A stretch of DNA of 64,000 nucleotides, taken from positions 50,282,001 to 50,346,000 of the forward strand of contig NC_091474.1 in the NCBI RefSeq assembly GCF_036971445.1, given 5' to 3'. Under the pieces are notes generated by a model. The model was given only the letters and a program-made list of their open reading frames with translations. It was not told the DNA's origin and did not search any database. Both the position numbers and the translations under genes were made by a program. Below are positions 63,223 through 64,000 of the stretch, piece after piece. The stretch's first letter is position 1. Each line of letters opens with the position of its first letter. The stretch is from Narcine bancroftii (lineage: Eukaryota).

Positions 63223-64000
63223 CCTGGTCCTATAGGAAGACCCCTGTGTGACATTAGAGGTGACTGACCAACTCTCTGACATCTCTTACATGCTGTCCAT
63301 GAGGCCAAACAATGGGCCAAGTATTTCAGCATGCAGCCCTCCCAGGTATACTCCTGCATTACAAAAGAAGATATTGGGCCCACCATGCTTATGACAGTCA
63401 AAGATTAAGCTACCCAAATTACTTCCATTACCTAGCTTTCAGCATTTAATCAAGTAAATTTGATGATCCTTCTAAACTGTTTATAAAAACAATTCCTCAA
63501 CCCTGCTACTGAGAATTGAAAACAAACACAAGGAATGCTAGAAACACTCTATCGATAAAGCAGTGCTAGGGGAGAAAAAACAGTTTGTGCTACTGATCAT
63601 CAGCACTGGAAAAGCAAGTAAACCAGCATATTTTAACTGGCAGAGAGAGAAAGTCGTGGAGAGAAGACAACAGAAGGAATATATATGCTAGTCTGTCGAC
63701 CAAAGAAACAAACTGAAACAGAAAGGGAAGTCTTAATACAGCAGCAAGGAAAAAAAGGCAGTTAATAACCAACATTAGGTCCCAACAGCCACAATGTACG
63801 CAGATAGAAGAAATATGTTCCATCAACTGCAGCATCTTGGAAGAAATTAAATCAAATGGTTACGGCAGATGACCTTATGCAATTAACTCTCAGTTCAGCA
63901 AGTACATTACCAAGATGTATGAAATTATGTGAGTGAAAGAGTTTTCTTGCTCCCTTATCCAAATATATTTCAGCATGTTAAAATTATGACTTGTAACTTT

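Noticed and set aside
62662-63401. 201-aa and 148-aa ORFs
   Set aside because: They lie mostly within a probable LTR and show no recognisable domain.

Overview
This is eukaryotic, vertebrate-type DNA made up mostly of nested transposon copies. The repeat set points to a cartilaginous fish (shark or ray); this is inferred from V-SINEs with CR1-like tails (HE1/HER1 type) alongside CR1, Rex1/Babar, RTE, L1/Tx1 and Penelope elements. I could not identify any host protein-coding gene, tRNA/rRNA gene or CRISPR array. Best-supported features: (1) a Gypsy provirus with a tRNA-Trp primer site, inserted in an L1 and with its 5' LTR split by a nearly intact CR1; (2) a complete hAT/Charlie element with a perfect 8-bp TSD and four nested insertions; (3) six very similar young RTE LINEs, one with an unbroken 983-aa ORF; (4) Tc1, Tigger and possible Harbinger fossils, MITEs and solo LTRs; (5) an 18-unit, 67-bp minisatellite with a 7-unit higher-order duplication. 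The most unusual items are an unclassified ORF-less repeat family with a Rex-like tail (4 copies), a 78-bp locally copied segment spanning a junction between two TEs, and decayed hammerhead ribozyme cores in Penelope pseudo-LTRs. I see no evidence strong enough to claim a new biological system. Most ORFs in the track are TE fragments or antisense shadows. Coordinates of degraded elements are approximate.
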